Part shown: positions 24,966 through 38,567 of the stretch, in pieces
Position numbering within the stretch: the stretch's first letter is position 1
Layout of the letters: each line of letters starts with the position of its first letter
Source of the DNA: Monocercomonoides exilis PA203
Lineage: Eukaryota > Protista > Preaxostyla
Length of the DNA: 64,000 nucleotides
NCBI GenBank assembly: GCA_001643675.2
Contig: LSRY02000036.1
Location: forward strand, 186,001 to 250,000
Direction of reading: 5' to 3'
Translations under genes and position numbers: made by a program
The notes under the pieces: generated by a model
Told to the model about the DNA's origin: nothing
Databases searched by the model: none
What the model saw: the letters and a program-made list of their open reading frames with translations, nothing else

Positions 24966-25823
24966 CTACAATTCCAATACTTCAGAAAAAAAAGAAATCA
25001 ACATTTGAAATGGATCGTTGAAATCTTCCTTCTGCCATTCTGCATATAAGTCATAATTTATAGCTTGAAGAAGTGACCGTTCGCTCTCATTCAGTGATGA
25101 AAGTGGAATGCTGTAAAGATTACCCCAAAACCTGTTTGAATAAAAGGAATCGCAGCTCATTTTATCAGCCACCATCATCGTTACAACAACAGCCATCGTT
25201 CCATTTTCAGCGGTAATAGGAAGTTTACTTTGAGATTGTGGGTGAAGAACTCTATCAAAAATGAGCAGAAAATAGAGCAGATCCGTTTCTGTTGGATGAT
25301 AATAACGCAAATACCTATCAAGAATAATTTCCAATGAACGAAAAAGTGAAGAAAATGTTTCATAATATGGTTTATAATGGCAACTCCAATGAGGAAATTG
25401 CAGAGAATGTGGAATTATTTGTGAATCGTCCCCAAGATGTCTAACTGATGGACTTGAATTTTTTTCATTTGAAAGCAATACGGCATCCTGATCCCCATGT
25501 AAAGAACGCTTCCAGCAATGATAGCCTATTGAACTTGTAAGATATCGAGCCGATATTGTCAGAAAATTTGAAGCTAGGGGAATTTCGTGAAATATTGGTG
25601 ATTTCAAAAAAGAATCTTCATGTTTATCTCTGAAATAATCTTGATCAGTTTTGTCATTCTCGCTTGTTGAATTTTTGTGATGAGAAAATTCAATTGGTTG
25701 TATGTCTTTTGGTATTATTGAAGAGTGAAAAGAGCTTGTTTGGATAAGTTGAACACACGAAGAAGGCGTATAAGACGCACAATAAAAAGAAGAATTTTCA
25801 ACTCTCATAGCATTCATCATCAT
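24966..25823 (-). CDS. Pho80/PCL (cyclin U/P)-type cyclin-domain protein
   Basis: LLYFLLIFDRV ... MVADKMSCDSFYSNRFWG ... LNESERSLLQAINYDL matches the cyclin N-box of Pho80-like cyclins; start codon uncertain. Confidence 0.75.
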   Translation of the reverse strand: MMMNAMRVENSSFYCASYTPSSCVQLIQTSSFHSSIIPKDIQPIEFSHHKNSTSENDKTDQDYFRDKHEDSFLKSPIFHEIPLASNFLTISARYLTSSIGYHCWKRSLHGDQDAVLLSNEKNSSPSVRHLGDDSQIIPHSLQFPHWSCHYKPYYETFSSLFRSLEIILDRYLRYYHPTETDLLYFLLIFDRVLHPQSQSKLPITAENGTMAVVVTMMVADKMSCDSFYSNRFWGNLYSIPLSSLNESERSLLQAINYDLYAEWQKEDFNDPFQMLISFFSEVLEL

Positions 25824-26699
25824 ATTTTTGTGATAATGATGCAATTTGAATCCTTATAAAGGATCCAATTTTTTGTGATTTTGTGTCACAAATATTTATA
25901 ATGGCACACTTATTATCACAATAGTTGATTTTTCTTTAAATTAATTGTACCATAAACAATGCAAGCACAAAATTCATAACTCTTTTAATGACAAATGATA
26001 TAAAAGGATTCTGGAGAATAAACAAAATTTGTGTGGATGATTTTTTTGAATTTCATTTGAACATTTCAGTAAAATAACGGAATTATCTTTTTATTTGGTA
26101 AATTTCGATACAATAAAAAACAGAATCTTCACAGGGTCTTTTTTATAAGCAAAATGTAAGAAATTCTTTTCAAACGAAAGTCAAAACCAATGTCGAATTT
26201 TTTTTTCTGGAAAATCTGGTATTTGAATGAATTTAATTAATAATAAATTATAAACAGGCATTATCTTTTAGAAAAGTGACAACAGATCAAATACTTGAGG
26301 TACAAAAGTGAATTATTTTTAATTCAGGAATCCTGATGTTTCAAGTTTTTCATATTTTCACAGAGATGTTTGTTTGTTCATTACAAACCTTAGAACATTA
26401 AAAAAAAAAACTATTTTTTGACAAAAAAATATTTATGGTGTGCGTATAAACCCTCACATTTTTGTTCAAAAAAATGTTACATTAGAATTAACTTCACAAA
26501 TCAAATTTATAAAATTTTCGAAAATTGATAAAAAAAAAATTTTTTTTTGAATATCTATCAATTCTTTTATGGTTGTTTTTCCCACATCTTCATATAGAAT
26601 CTTTAAAAAAAAAGTCGATTTCAACACTCTATTATCAATTTTCTTAAATGGATGAAATGAAAAAAGAAAAGATCATTATTAACAAATATCAACGAAATA

Positions 26700-29100
26700 G
26701 TTATTAATATCAACAAAGAGCTTTTCAAATGATTTCCAAAGGAGAATAAACAGAGAAAAATGAAAGGACATGTTCTTTATAAGTTGAAGAAGAAGAAAGA
26801 TTGAAAGAAATATTTGTTGATTGGGATGATGTTGTTTCTCAGCAAACAATTATAGACATCCCCATTAAAGAATGTTTTTCATAGAAAATTATTGCAATTA
26901 ATTAATTATTTTAAAGGCAAGGAGAATACGTAATAAACGTTCAGAAAAATCAGATGGATTAGCTGAGGCTCCAAGTTAGCAATGGGTGTACGGTTTTCTT
27001 TCAAGGCACAAACTTTTCAAAACAATTCACCCAATTAAATTGGGCCATGCTCGACTCAGATTATCTTTGAAAAGCAATATTCTTTCGTTTTTTCTTCTAT
27101 AATGGAATTAATGAAACAAAAAAAAAATATTCTTCGTTGATATTTCATTTGGATGAAACCAGCTGTCAATCATCGGACAAAAGTTTAAACTTGAGAGTTG
27201 TTTCAAGAAAATGCCCATTCATTTTATTTTAAAGAATATCTCCTCTCTATCGTTTCACACTTTTTTTTGTCAGAGCAGATGGATTCCGTCTGCCAACTCA
27301 TCTCCAATTTCCTCATAAATATGAAAAAGAGATATGAGAACAGCGGAGCAAAGGCAGTTTCATGTTGCACATATCACAAAAAGTGTGGATAACAAGATTG
27401 TTTTTTGAAATAATAATGTTGGAACATGTTCTCCCATTCATGCAGAAACAACATCAAAATGTGATCAAAATAAATCAATATTTCCAAGAAAGGCAAGAAC
27501 AAAAAATTAGAAAAAGAAAAACAAATAATGAACAAGAATAAGAACAAACAAGGAAAACATTTATCAAAAAAAGGATATTAAAGGAGTGAAGTTCAATTTC
27601 AGAGTCAAGAAAAATAATAGCGCAACATTCATTGATGATACAAGATTGACCACAAATTCATTCACGTGATGAAAATACATTGGGAAATGATAAATCCTTT
27701 TCCAATTCAAACATTTCTGTAACTTGCAAAACGTAAAGAAAATCTGCTCATGATTGTGCTCCGATTTCAAAGTCTCTGGATCATGAATCAACGAAAACTG
27801 CAATTTCTGCTTTATGCCATTCCATTGAATTTCAACCTTTGACTTCAATCTTTCCATAATCAAATTCTCAACACATTTCATCTTCAGATGATCAAAGCAA
27901 GGACACTGATTGAATAACTAATTATTCACACAAAGATCCACTTTTAACCTTTCCAGAAGACATTTGGGGATATATATTTCACTTCAGGCATTTTCATTGA
28001 AAAATTATGCACTTTTCATTGACTTTTTGAGATCAAAAAACACAATAAAAATGGGTTTATTTTTTGATATTTGTGAAATGTTGGAAAACTTGATATTTTG
28101 ATTTCAACAATGCCTGTGTGCAGATATGAAAATCAAATTTATTTTGAAATCTGAGAAAGAGAAACAAAGTTATGAGTGAAGCAATTTTTCAATGCTTCGT
28201 GCAAAAAAAGCTTTAAAGTCCGTATTTTCCCCCATTTCTTCGTACTCATGCATCTTATTTGATCATGATGATTACGACGAATGCAATTGGTGGTTGAAAG
28301 AAGACACTTTAATGAGAGATTTTCAACAAAAAGGGTCAAAATGTGTTGAAAAATAAATATTACTGCAATAATGAAACTAAATTTGTTCATCCTGCTCTTG
28401 TTATTCTTGATGGTCAATCATCCAGACGGAATATGAAACTTTGGAAACAATTTACTTCATTAGGCATTGACGTTGAAGTAATTCCAGTACACAAATCACA
28501 TATGCTGCGGCTTTTAACTTAGAGACCAAATGTTGCACAAAAAAGTTAACTCAAAAAAGTGAAAAATGAGCGATTAATAAAAATATTGAAAATAGTTTTT
28601 TTGCTTTTTGAAAGTGTGATCACTGATAATTCATTAATCGCTTCCATTTCCAAGAAGATAAGGCACAGGTTTATTGTGGGTGAAATAACAACTCCATCGA
28701 TTGCACATGTTCTTGATTACACACAGGATTCTTTGCCACAGGGAGTGAAGCCAGCCAAGAGCACAAATAGCTGGCAAATATCAGGAAAATGCATCACTTC
28801 TTGTGACTTTTGCAAAGAATGGGAATCATATGAAAAAGAAAAAGTTTCATCAACAGCAGATTAGGAACAAAAATTACAGACAGAAATCACACATTGAGAT
28901 TTGTAGGATGAAAATGAGGATTGTGAAAAGTGGGTTAAACAACGATAGTTTGCCTTTTCTGAAAAAGAAAGTTTGAAGACCAAAAATATTTTTTACAGAT
29001 TCAAACAAAAACAAAAAATGATACACATGTCGAAGAGGAAGAAACAGTGCTCGCAAATTTTTTGGAAGGGGACAACAACATCGTTAATGAACAGTTGTTC
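26700..29100 (+). pseudogene. Decayed pogo/Tigger-type (HTH CENP-B + DDE_1) transposase, interrupted by a dispersed repeat
   Basis: Across frames: QWVYGFLSRHKL (~26980), LDETS (~27150), ILDGQSSR ... IPVHKSHMLR (~28400-28510); many stops and frameshifts; TIRs not found. Confidence 0.65.
28000..28240 (+). repeat. Second copy of the 9.9-10.2 kb dispersed repeat (without the long poly-T)
   Basis: Direct similarity to 9885..10205. Confidence 0.65.
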
Positions 29101-32100
29101 CATTCATCGAAACATGCAAAAACTGTTTAACTTGGAAAATTTTCTTTCAATTCAGATGACAGCAATTTTGAGCATAAAAGTTCCGAAACTGATTTGTCCA
29201 CTTGTTTTTATTCTTCGATGCAATCATCAAGGAAATAAATTCAAATACATTTTAAACAGGGAATAATCATATCGAGTTTTTTTCAAACTTTTTGTGGCAA
29301 TATCCGATTGTGATTATTTTCGATTTGATATTTCACAGAAAAAAACAAAAAATTAATTTATTCTTTAATTAATTTCAGGTCAATTTTTTAAATTTTGGAA
29401 ATTCTACAAAAAACACTTTTTTCTATTGAAACTATAATTTTCGTAATTAATATTCATTTTTTGAACTTATTTGAACAAATTATTGAAAAATCGTGAAACA
29501 TAAAATTTTGATCAAAAAACAGCTTTCTATAGAAAATCTTACCAATTATTATGAAAAATATGATTATATTTATTTCGCTCTGTGAATATATGCGATGGAA
29601 AATGGAGGCCTTTGCAACAAGGAAATTTCAAGCTATGTGTGTCGGTCGAAAGAATTTACTTGTGTTGTTTTTTTTTCGTGTGAAATTTGAAAATACAGCC
29701 ATTCGCAGTGACCTTTCTAACAACTTAAACTTTTCACTTGCATCTGAACTTCATTCTGACTTCACACTTTTGAAAAATACATCCTTGTGAAAATGAGAAA
29801 TCAAGTTTATTTCTTTCAAGAATTTATTAATTCTGAAACATCAATCAAACAAGCTTTCAACAAAAAGGAAATAAAAAAATAAAAACAACTTGATTTTCAT
29901 TTGCCGCACGAGAGGATGTGGAAGTGACAAAGAGAAGTAATTGATTCAATAATTCACCCAAGCCATTTACAAAAGTTGTGAATAAAAGAGAATGTCCTAA
30001 ATAATTTTTTTTTGTTAAAAGAAAGACAGCACTGAACTGCAAAAGCGAACTGTTCAGAAAAATTTTGTTGCATTGTAGCTCATCTGCTTCAAGCAGCATC
30101 AGATTATGATTTTCGGCACAGACAGTTTGAAGAGATAGAGGATGATTGAACAGATTAATCACAATCAGGGGCGTCTGGGACAGCAAGACAACAGACGAAA
30201 ACGACGTGCGAGCACAATAATGAGAAAAAAGTGGACAATCTTCAGAACTAATAAAGCAGTTCTTCGCTGAGAGATCTTTTGAGTGGTAGCTGATACACTA
30301 ACGTCGCTTCTTGTGAGTGCATTTAAAAAATTCCAACTTTCAACAAGAACCTTTCTCTGTCTAATTCAAAAACAAACATATTGAGCACAGCGATGATCCC
30401 GCCTCACCTCAGCAAGCTGTCCAAAAAGTTGTTAGTAGAAATGGAGCAATTAATGAGATATTTTCCGCTTTCTCATTTGGATATCAATAATTATTGTGCC
30501 AGTAAAGAATGCCTTCCAACTCGTTTTTAAAGAGTGAATATTTTTCAATGCATCAAAAAGCTTGGCAAAAGGAGTTGTTTGCGATAAATGCCCCGTTGCG
30601 TTCTGCTCTTCCTAAAAGGAAAAAAAGCTCTTTTGCTTTTGATCCTTATTTTCCATCAGAGACTTTGTCAACTCCCTCTAATCCTTTTCATCTTCCTCCT
30701 TCGAGCTCTTCTATGCAAATTCTGAACCCAAAATGATGCAGATGAATCACACAATCTCATACGTTGCGAAGATTGGAGCGTCGATGTTAGACTCAATGCT
30801 TGATTTGAGTTTATGCTTGAAATCTTCGCATCAGAGTGTTTTGCCCTTCACCGCAACGGAGAAGATTGACCTCATGCCTGAAGGTGTCAAATCATTTGTT
30901 GCATGTTCCTCATCTGATTATGGGTGCCAAAATAGACTTGCTTCTCAGAAGACAACGTGTGTGATGTTGAAAGAATACACATCATTAGGAATGGCAAGCG
31001 TTTTTAATTCTGGTTGAAGCTCTCGTATTTATACAGGAGAAGCAGATGCCGATGAAGAAGAAGGAGAAGAAGCAGCTGATGAATGCACATGTTTTAAATG
31101 ATTGGGCGTTTTAAATGTTTTATTCAGTGAAAAGCATAACGTACATCACCTGAGAATGAGATGAAATGTGTTGTGAAATGGGATTGTCACAATTTTCAGT
31201 TGAACGAGATGGTCAGATCTCTCTTTTTAACGTGAAAGATATTCAGAGAAAATTTGAAGAATATTTGTGAAATGATTTTAAATAATGTGATTATTGAAGT
31301 GACGAATGGAAGTTACAAAGCAATGCATTCAAAAATTCGAAGTTTGAGATGAATTTTCTGAGGTTATTTCGTTAATAACGTTTCTCATTTCTGCAAAGTC
31401 AGCTTTATTCCTTTTATTTATCTCCTTCATTTTTCAGCAATGAAATGTTATCAATCTGAAACATTAAAGAAAATTTACAAAAGTGATGGGCTGATTATGT
31501 CCTCCTTTAATTCGAGTGGAAAAACACAAAGAAACAGTGGATTGAATCAGTAACTCACAAACAATATCATGCCATCCCTATTCCATCTCATGCAAGTTAC
31601 AAGCTGCTGCATCTAAGCCGCATTGCGTTAAACTCTGTATCAGCTTCAGAGAATCTTCGGATAATGGATAATTTTCTGACCGCGAAGAATACAGATGAAA
31701 GCTCGAATGAAAAAATTACAGTTTTTGTGATGTTGATGAAGATTCGTAAAAGAATAAAACCTGTTAGTGAAACGAAAACAGGAACGGAAGCGACATTGAA
31801 ACAGAGATAGAAAACGGATTGCTCTAATACATTCTCATGCGAAAAGTCAGCAGGCAAGCTTTCTCAAACAAAAATAAATCATCTTCCATTTCCTTTTCTC
31901 CTTCTCCCTCTTCATTCTGTCGTCACGCAGCAACCCGCATCTCCTTTCATTTTTTTCCTCTCTGAGTCTCTCTTTCTCGCTCTTCTCTCTCTGAATCTCC
32001 CTCTTCTTCCTCTTCTTCCTCTTCACTTCTGACTCCACAAAACAAAGTGGTGAATAACAGCGAGGCAGCGCAAACATTTTGAAGGAGAAGAAAGGACTTC

Positions 32101-35100
32101 TCCGCCTCTCAGCCGGATGAAAAGACAGCAATTCATCTTTAACCAATGGAGAATCACTGATTTCATTCAACTGCCACATCATTTCTGCTATTTGGGATGG
32201 CTGAACAGGCTGCTTGGCTGCTTTTGAACATCCGTAATGCTTCTCAATGTCTGTTCGCTCGGAAATATCCGATAGAAAGATATGAAAGAAATAGTGAACT
32301 CGTCGCAAAGACCGTCTTTCGGTTCGTTGATTCGAGTGCTTCCACATGGAATTTTAAGAAAAGGTGTGATGAATATTGTAGCTCATTTTATAACATGGGA
32401 ATGGGGAAGTTTTTTTCTGATAGCAGAGGATCATGAGGAGGTGGTTTGTCTTTTTTAATGAAGAGTGTGGTGGATGGAATTAAAACTGAAAATGAGAAGA
32501 CTGATTAATCTTGAGTGAATGAGATAGAAATGGACTAGCAGAATTTGAAAAACTTGTGATTTTCTTTGAGTTTGACTCATATTCTTAGAGCGACAGTCAT
32601 GGAATGAATGAACCGATAAGTTGCAAGTTTGTGGAAGAAGAAGTCGAAACATTCAAACTCTAATTTTTCTGCTCAAGTATCTTCAGAGGAGGAGGTTGTA
32701 CACAACTTTTGGAGGCGCCATGGGAGGAATCAAATATGAATCTGTGTGAAATACTTTGAAATTTACAGTAGTATATTAAAAGAAATGTTAAATAGAATAA
32801 ATCGAAGACACATAGATAGAATATTATAAAAATAAAATTGGACTACCATAAAAAGATAAAAAACATTTGCACCAACAAAGTTATTTCCTAATATTTGCTT
32901 TGTGTTTGATGTTTATATGGTTTCTTTCTTCTTTCACTTTCATTGCTTTTTGGCTGATGATTCCTTTCCTTCATCACCTTATTTTCCAACACTTTTACTT
33001 CAGTCTTTTCTCTTTTTTCTTCACTTCAGACTCATGTGCAGATAAAATAAAAGAAGATTTAGAAGAAGTGCCATAATCGTCAACTGGCAGAGAAGAGAAT
33101 ATTCAAGAGTGATCAACGATTGCAGTTGACTTTTTTTTTGCATGTTGAAGTATGAAGAAATGTTGCGCTTCTTGAAGAAGAAAAATAGGAAAAGAAAATG
33201 TGAAATAATAAAACAAATGCCATGAAGATAGTTCTTTTTTTTTTTCTTCTTCATTTGACAACGTTTTCTCCAATATCTTTTTCAAAATCCTTGACAGCTT
33301 CATTCTCAAATTCAAATGTCATAAAATTGCATAAAATTCTTTGTTGCTCATGAGTGTCGCTTTTCCCTTTGCTTAACATATTATGAGCAATTTTTCCTTT
33401 TTCAACAATGAATTTTATTCTCAAATTTCCACAGGCAATAGCAATCCTTCGTCTTTTGGATAGAAAATTCGATTTCACTTCTTTATCTATTCATCTCATA
33501 AAAAAATAAGAACAAAGATTTTTTCAAACGTTTCAAAGGCATTCTTTAGTTATTTGCTAAAGAATTGTGTTTGTTAACAAAAATAAAAACAAAATCTGGA
33601 ATGCTTCTTTCTTGTTTCACTGAACAATGTGAAGATGAACAACGTGAAACGAATGCAAATTAAATCTCAAGCATGCTATGGATTTTAGCTCAAATGATTT
33701 GTAAATTCAACAAGAATTAATCAATTAACTTCGATTGTTTTTTTTCTTTTTTCAATCAGAATTTTATTTTTTTCATAATCAAAATAAAAAACAATTTCAT
33801 TTATTGAAAAAAAAATTTTTTTTTATAAAATACATTGCTTATCCGTTCGACATGTTGATCTTTCGACTAACTGATTTTTCGAAAAACTGATCTTTGTCGT
33901 TCGACTGATATCGACAAAGATCTGTCGAAAACCCATCGAAATTAAATTTTCAGTAATTTTTAATAAAGAAATAAATTATTTAAAAAAGTTATTGATTATC
34001 AAATGCAATATTTAATTTTTTTTTTTTTAAATATATGGGGGAAAATATGGTCTTTCAAGCATTTTATGCCTAAAGCATGAAAAAATTGCTTCGCTCAAAA
34101 CTTTTGACCGCTTTCTCAGATTTCAAAATAAATTAGATTTTCATATCCTTTAACAGGTATCGTTGAAATCAAGACAATTCGTATTCCAACATTTCACGAA
34201 AGTCAAATAATAGAATTATTTTCATTGTGTTTTTTAATCTCTAAAAGTCAATGAAAAATGCATTATTTTTCAATGAAAATTCCTGATGTCAAATGTTTTG
34301 TCCCATATCAATAAAATCAACAAAAAATGAACAGTTAAAAAAAAAATCTTTAAAAATTTCAAATTCAAAAGTTTTGAAACTGCCTTGTCGTTCGACTTGT
34401 TGAAGTACTTCGTGAAAAGTCTGTCTGTCGCAAAGGACTAGGAAAATGAATGAAAAACAGGACAAAAATATTGGTGCAAGGAAAAATGTGACAACAACAG
34501 ATATTGATATGATTCGATGTGATTATATCTATTTTTTTTATTGCATATATTAAAAATGGTTGTCACATGGAATTATTTCCGGTCGGATCATACCCATTTG
34601 CAACAACAACAACAAAAAAATATTGACAACTTGGAGAATTCAAACTGAAAGTTCATCTCATTTCAGCCAAATCCATTTTCCTTTGATTTAATAAATAGGG
34701 TCAACTATTTGATGGGACGTTTTTGCTTATTGGCACTTTTTATGTTTGAAGCTGCCAATCAACAAAAAATCTCCAATGAATTTCAACACATACACCACAC
34801 TTTTTAACTTGTTTCAGCAGATACTTTTTAAGTTTGTTTTTATATTTTTATTCATTAGTCATTGTGAAATTTCGTTTTTTTGCAAATTTTAAAAGTCACT
34901 TTAACCAGTCAACCAGGCATCTCACAAGAAATTGATGAGTTGTTTTGAATAGCATAAACTATTATCTATATATTTTTATATTCTTTTTTTTTCATAAACA
35001 CTTTTTTCTTGTTTTTTTCACATTTCATTTTTTTAACAACATTCTGACATAAAACCGATTATTTCTTTGTTTATATAATGAAATGATAAAAATAAAAATA

Positions 35101-35850
35101 TGACATGAAAAACAAATACATTATTAATAATGAAGTGTTGAAAAAATAAAACATTCTCATTTTCTATTTGTCAAGAATTTAACTTTGTAACAAAAGTTTA
35201 ATCGAAGATCAAAAACAATTTGAACAATTTGGCTATTCAAGATAAATAAAAAAAAACAATGTTTCATTTTTTCAACACATTATTAATAATGTATTTGTTT
35301 TTCATATCAAATTTTTGTTTTTATCATTTCATTATATAAACAAAGAAATAATCGGTTTTATGTCAGAATGTTGTTAAAAAAATGAAATGTGAAAATATCA
35401 CGAAAAAATTGTTTGTAAAAAAAAAAGAATATAAAAATATATAGATAATAGTTTATGCTATTCAAAACAACTCATCAATTTCTTAAAAAAGAAAGTGCTT
35501 CATCAATTCCTTCTCTTGCTTGAGAGAATCAATTTGTTGGATGATGAAGCTATCATTACTACCACAGTGTGCGTCTTCTTCTTTTTGTTGTTATTTTTCT
35601 CCTTTTTTGATTGTGATTATGTTCGAATATTGAATTGTTCTCCAAGTGACTTCCGTTCCTCCATCTCCTCATCAGGCTCATCCACTCTGGAATGGAATTT
35701 AACAGTATCTTTAGCTTCTTCCTCCCTCAAACATGGCTTCATCAGGCACTTCTTGTCCCTCAGTACCATCCCAGATTCCATTGCTCGTCTATCATTATTG
35801 TTCCTCTGGTCTCTTTCTTGTCTGACACAAGCCTTGCCACCATCTTCGGC

Positions 35851-37176
35851 TCACAGCTTGGTTGCTAACTCTTCACTGGGAACGTTCATAGTTGAGGCAA
35901 TCACTTTCCCCAAGGTTGAAGCAAGATTGGTCTTCACATAATGCTTCACCAAAGTGTCTGTTCTAGGGGAAAGACTGGCAAACTTCGCAATCTGAGTTGG
36001 TGGAATTCCAGAAATCGTTAGCGTTGAAAGTGTTGCAGCCTTTATTGAATAAGGAGTAAAATGGCTTGGAATTCCTGCTTCCTTCAACGTCTCCTTTGCC
36101 AATCGTCTAATTCCTTCCACTGTTAGAGGATGAAAAGTTTCGGTATTTAAAAATAATTTATTTCCATCTGGTTTTCTTTTCTTTATCTCTTCCCACAAAA
36201 CTTGAATGGCCGAAGCTGGGCAAATTGAAGGGTTTTCATTTAAAAAAGGAACTGCAATCTCTGTTCGATTTAGCGATGTTTTTAGCCTTGTGTCTAGATA
36301 TATTCCTTCCTGCTCGAATCTTGCTCTTTCCATATCCACTCTTTCCAACTCTGTAAACCTGCACGCAGTGAATAGCATTGTGAGCACAATGGCTTTCATT
36401 GTTAGATGTTTGAAACTCAAGCTCTGATTTTCTCCAAGATTAGAAAAGTATGTCAAAATGGTCTTTGGATTCCAGATCTCTTGAATCTTTTTCTTTCATG
36501 TCATCTCCGTTCTTCTAAACCCTCTGAACAATATTTTTATTATAGGAATATCCCCCAAATTTGTGTAGAAAACCAAGCTTGTGAAGAATGAGACCGCTGA
36601 GCGGATAAGTTGCAAACATGACAGTTTCATTCCATTGTCTTAGAGTGTAATGAAAATACTCGAACATCGAGCGGCCCATTCATGAATATCCTCTGGAATT
36701 ATGCCCATATCACTCTTTTCCCACTGTTCTCCAAAATGCGCGAAGCCGAATAAATATCCATCCCACGTCGACTGAGCAATTCCCGATTTGCACTCCTCTG
36801 CCAATGAAACTGGGAAAGATCTCTCTTTTAACGCCCTTCTCCACCAGCTCTCTCCTTTCTCTCTGGTGGATTGATCAATATGACTCTCAATCTGCCTGGA
36901 GGGAGACATGCACGTGTGTTTGTCATTGATGGCCCCTTTCTTAACACTGTTCTCAGACTCCTCCATTCGAATGTCCGATGATGTGTCTTCTCCAATAATA
37001 CATCCCAGTTCTACCCCTTCCAGTTCGGCAGGAGTAATACTACTGGTGCTCTCTCCTTCTGTGCCTTCCGAATCGTCATTGGAATCAGTGGAATTGGGGG
37101 GTGTGCCAGAACGCACTCGTTCTTCCATGGATATGCAAGACCATCTTCTCCCAATGGGCTTCCTATTCCGCACCAA
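35851..37176 (-). pseudogene. DIRS tyrosine recombinase (interrupted)
   Basis: N-terminal part GIAQSTWDGY...W (36640..37176) ends in a stop; catalytic part FTACRFTEL ... FTPYSIKAA ... LVKHY (35851..36456). Confidence 0.8.
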
Positions 37177-37400
37177 CGCTCAACCTTGTGGTTGTGTTGA
37201 GCTGCAATGGCGTCCAGTGTCGGAGAAACTTGAAGCACCTCCAGAATCTGAGAGAGATCTTCGTCCGTAATGCTGTAGTCTCCTGCTCTTTCCAGGCGGG
37301 ACAAAGCATCGGCTCTTGTGTTCTGCAATCCGGGGAGATGAACTGCTCTCAGGACTATTTTCAGTTTCTCCTTCAATGTCCATATCCTTTTCTGCTCCAC
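37011..37400 (-). pseudogene. DIRS pol C-terminus: RNase H end and DAM-like methyltransferase domain
   Basis: AVHLPGLQNTRADALSR (RNase H); LDAIA..HNHK...DGLAYPW...AHPPIPLI...LPNW (DIRS1 MT domain). Confidence 0.85.
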
Positions 37401-37457
37401 GGGATATCGACTCCTGTTCGTTTTTGTTCTTCTAATATCATCTTGAATTCCTGGATC

Positions 37458-38567
37458 TTAAGTTGGTTGAGAAGCAACGCTCCGTCTCTGAAAAGCACTT
37501 GGCTGAGAGATTTTCTGGCTTGTTAACTCTTCCACATGGCCTGCACTCCTCTGCTTATCAATTTCTCTCCTCCGATTCGCTTCCATGCCGAGATAAACAA
37601 TGCTGTTCTTCCTCCTATCTGCCTCCAATACTCTGTCTCCTTGTGAACTAGCTCTAAATTGTTGACGCCCCCTTAGTCTCCTGCTCCAACCGCTCTGGCT
37701 CCTCCTTCTTCCGAATTGCTGCCTTCTTGCGAGCGCTGAGGACCGGGGGGATCTCCGAAAAAACCGCGGGTTAGGACGAGGAAGGGGATAACTTAATCTT
37801 CTTAGAAGTGAATCTGGTTGTTCTCTTGCAGAAGGCTGAACTCGTGTTAGAGGAAATGCTGGTCTTTGGAAACCTCCTTCAAAATTAGCTTCTTGTCTTG
37901 CTTCTCTGAGAATCAGTTCCTGTCTCTCTGTGAGGATTCCCGTTGAAGCGTCTGCACTCATTAATGTGGCAGCCCTGAAACCAAACCTGTTTTGAATTCG
38001 AACCGTTCGTGCCTCTTGAAGCGCCTTGGTAATCAAAATCAAGATGTCAGCCAGTCTTTGCTTTGCACCTTCCTTTGAAGTCTGTATTTCGGCTAAGCCT
38101 ATGAGTGCAGCTTTAATTGCCTGGAAAAGATAAATCTCCATCTTGTAACCCGCCTGATCTAACGCATCGTTAATCCAGTTCTTTGTTCTCTTGGAAGCGG
38201 GTGGTTCTTGAGATAACAATGGGCAAAAAACCTGCGTTGAATACTCCCCAACAACATCTTGGACGGATCTTGGGGAAATCCTTAGATCAAAAATTGAAAT
38301 ATTCGGCGTTTGTCCGAAAATGTCCTCAAACTCCTGACAAATAAGTTGTGATATGTCTAAGAAATCATCATTCTCCTTTCTGTCAGCTAAAGGGGTCAAC
38401 TCCTGTGCTAAGCCTTCCGATGAAGAAGGTGAAAAAATTGAAGAGGAAGAAAAGATGTTAGGTTGTGACAAGGTCCCTGGTTGGCTTTGCGCCCCACTGT
38501 GCTGCATTGCAGAATCAGCCGACGGCGTAAGTCCAACAATCGGAGGGAATTGCGAAGCAGACATCAT
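37458..38567 (-). CDS. DIRS gag-like ORF1
   Basis: 369-aa open frame just inside the ITR with an Arg-rich C-terminus overlapping the pol start; similar to 46775..47176 (FG....IFD....R.V...YS). Confidence 0.7.
   Translation of the reverse strand: MMSASQFPPIVGLTPSADSAMQHSGAQSQPGTLSQPNIFSSSSIFSPSSSEGLAQELTPLADRKENDDFLDISQLICQEFEDIFGQTPNISIFDLRISPRSVQDVVGEYSTQVFCPLLSQEPPASKRTKNWINDALDQAGYKMEIYLFQAIKAALIGLAEIQTSKEGAKQRLADILILITKALQEARTVRIQNRFGFRAATLMSADASTGILTERQELILREARQEANFEGGFQRPAFPLTRVQPSAREQPDSLLRRLSYPLPRPNPRFFRRSPRSSALARRQQFGRRRSQSGWSRRLRGRQQFRASSQGDRVLEADRRKNSIVYLGMEANRRREIDKQRSAGHVEELTSQKISQPSAFQRRSVASQPT

Noticed and set aside
29900-33480. Scattered short ORFs (e.g. ARM-like EQAAWLLLNI at 32197)
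   Set aside because: Too fragmentary to assign; probably pseudogene debris.
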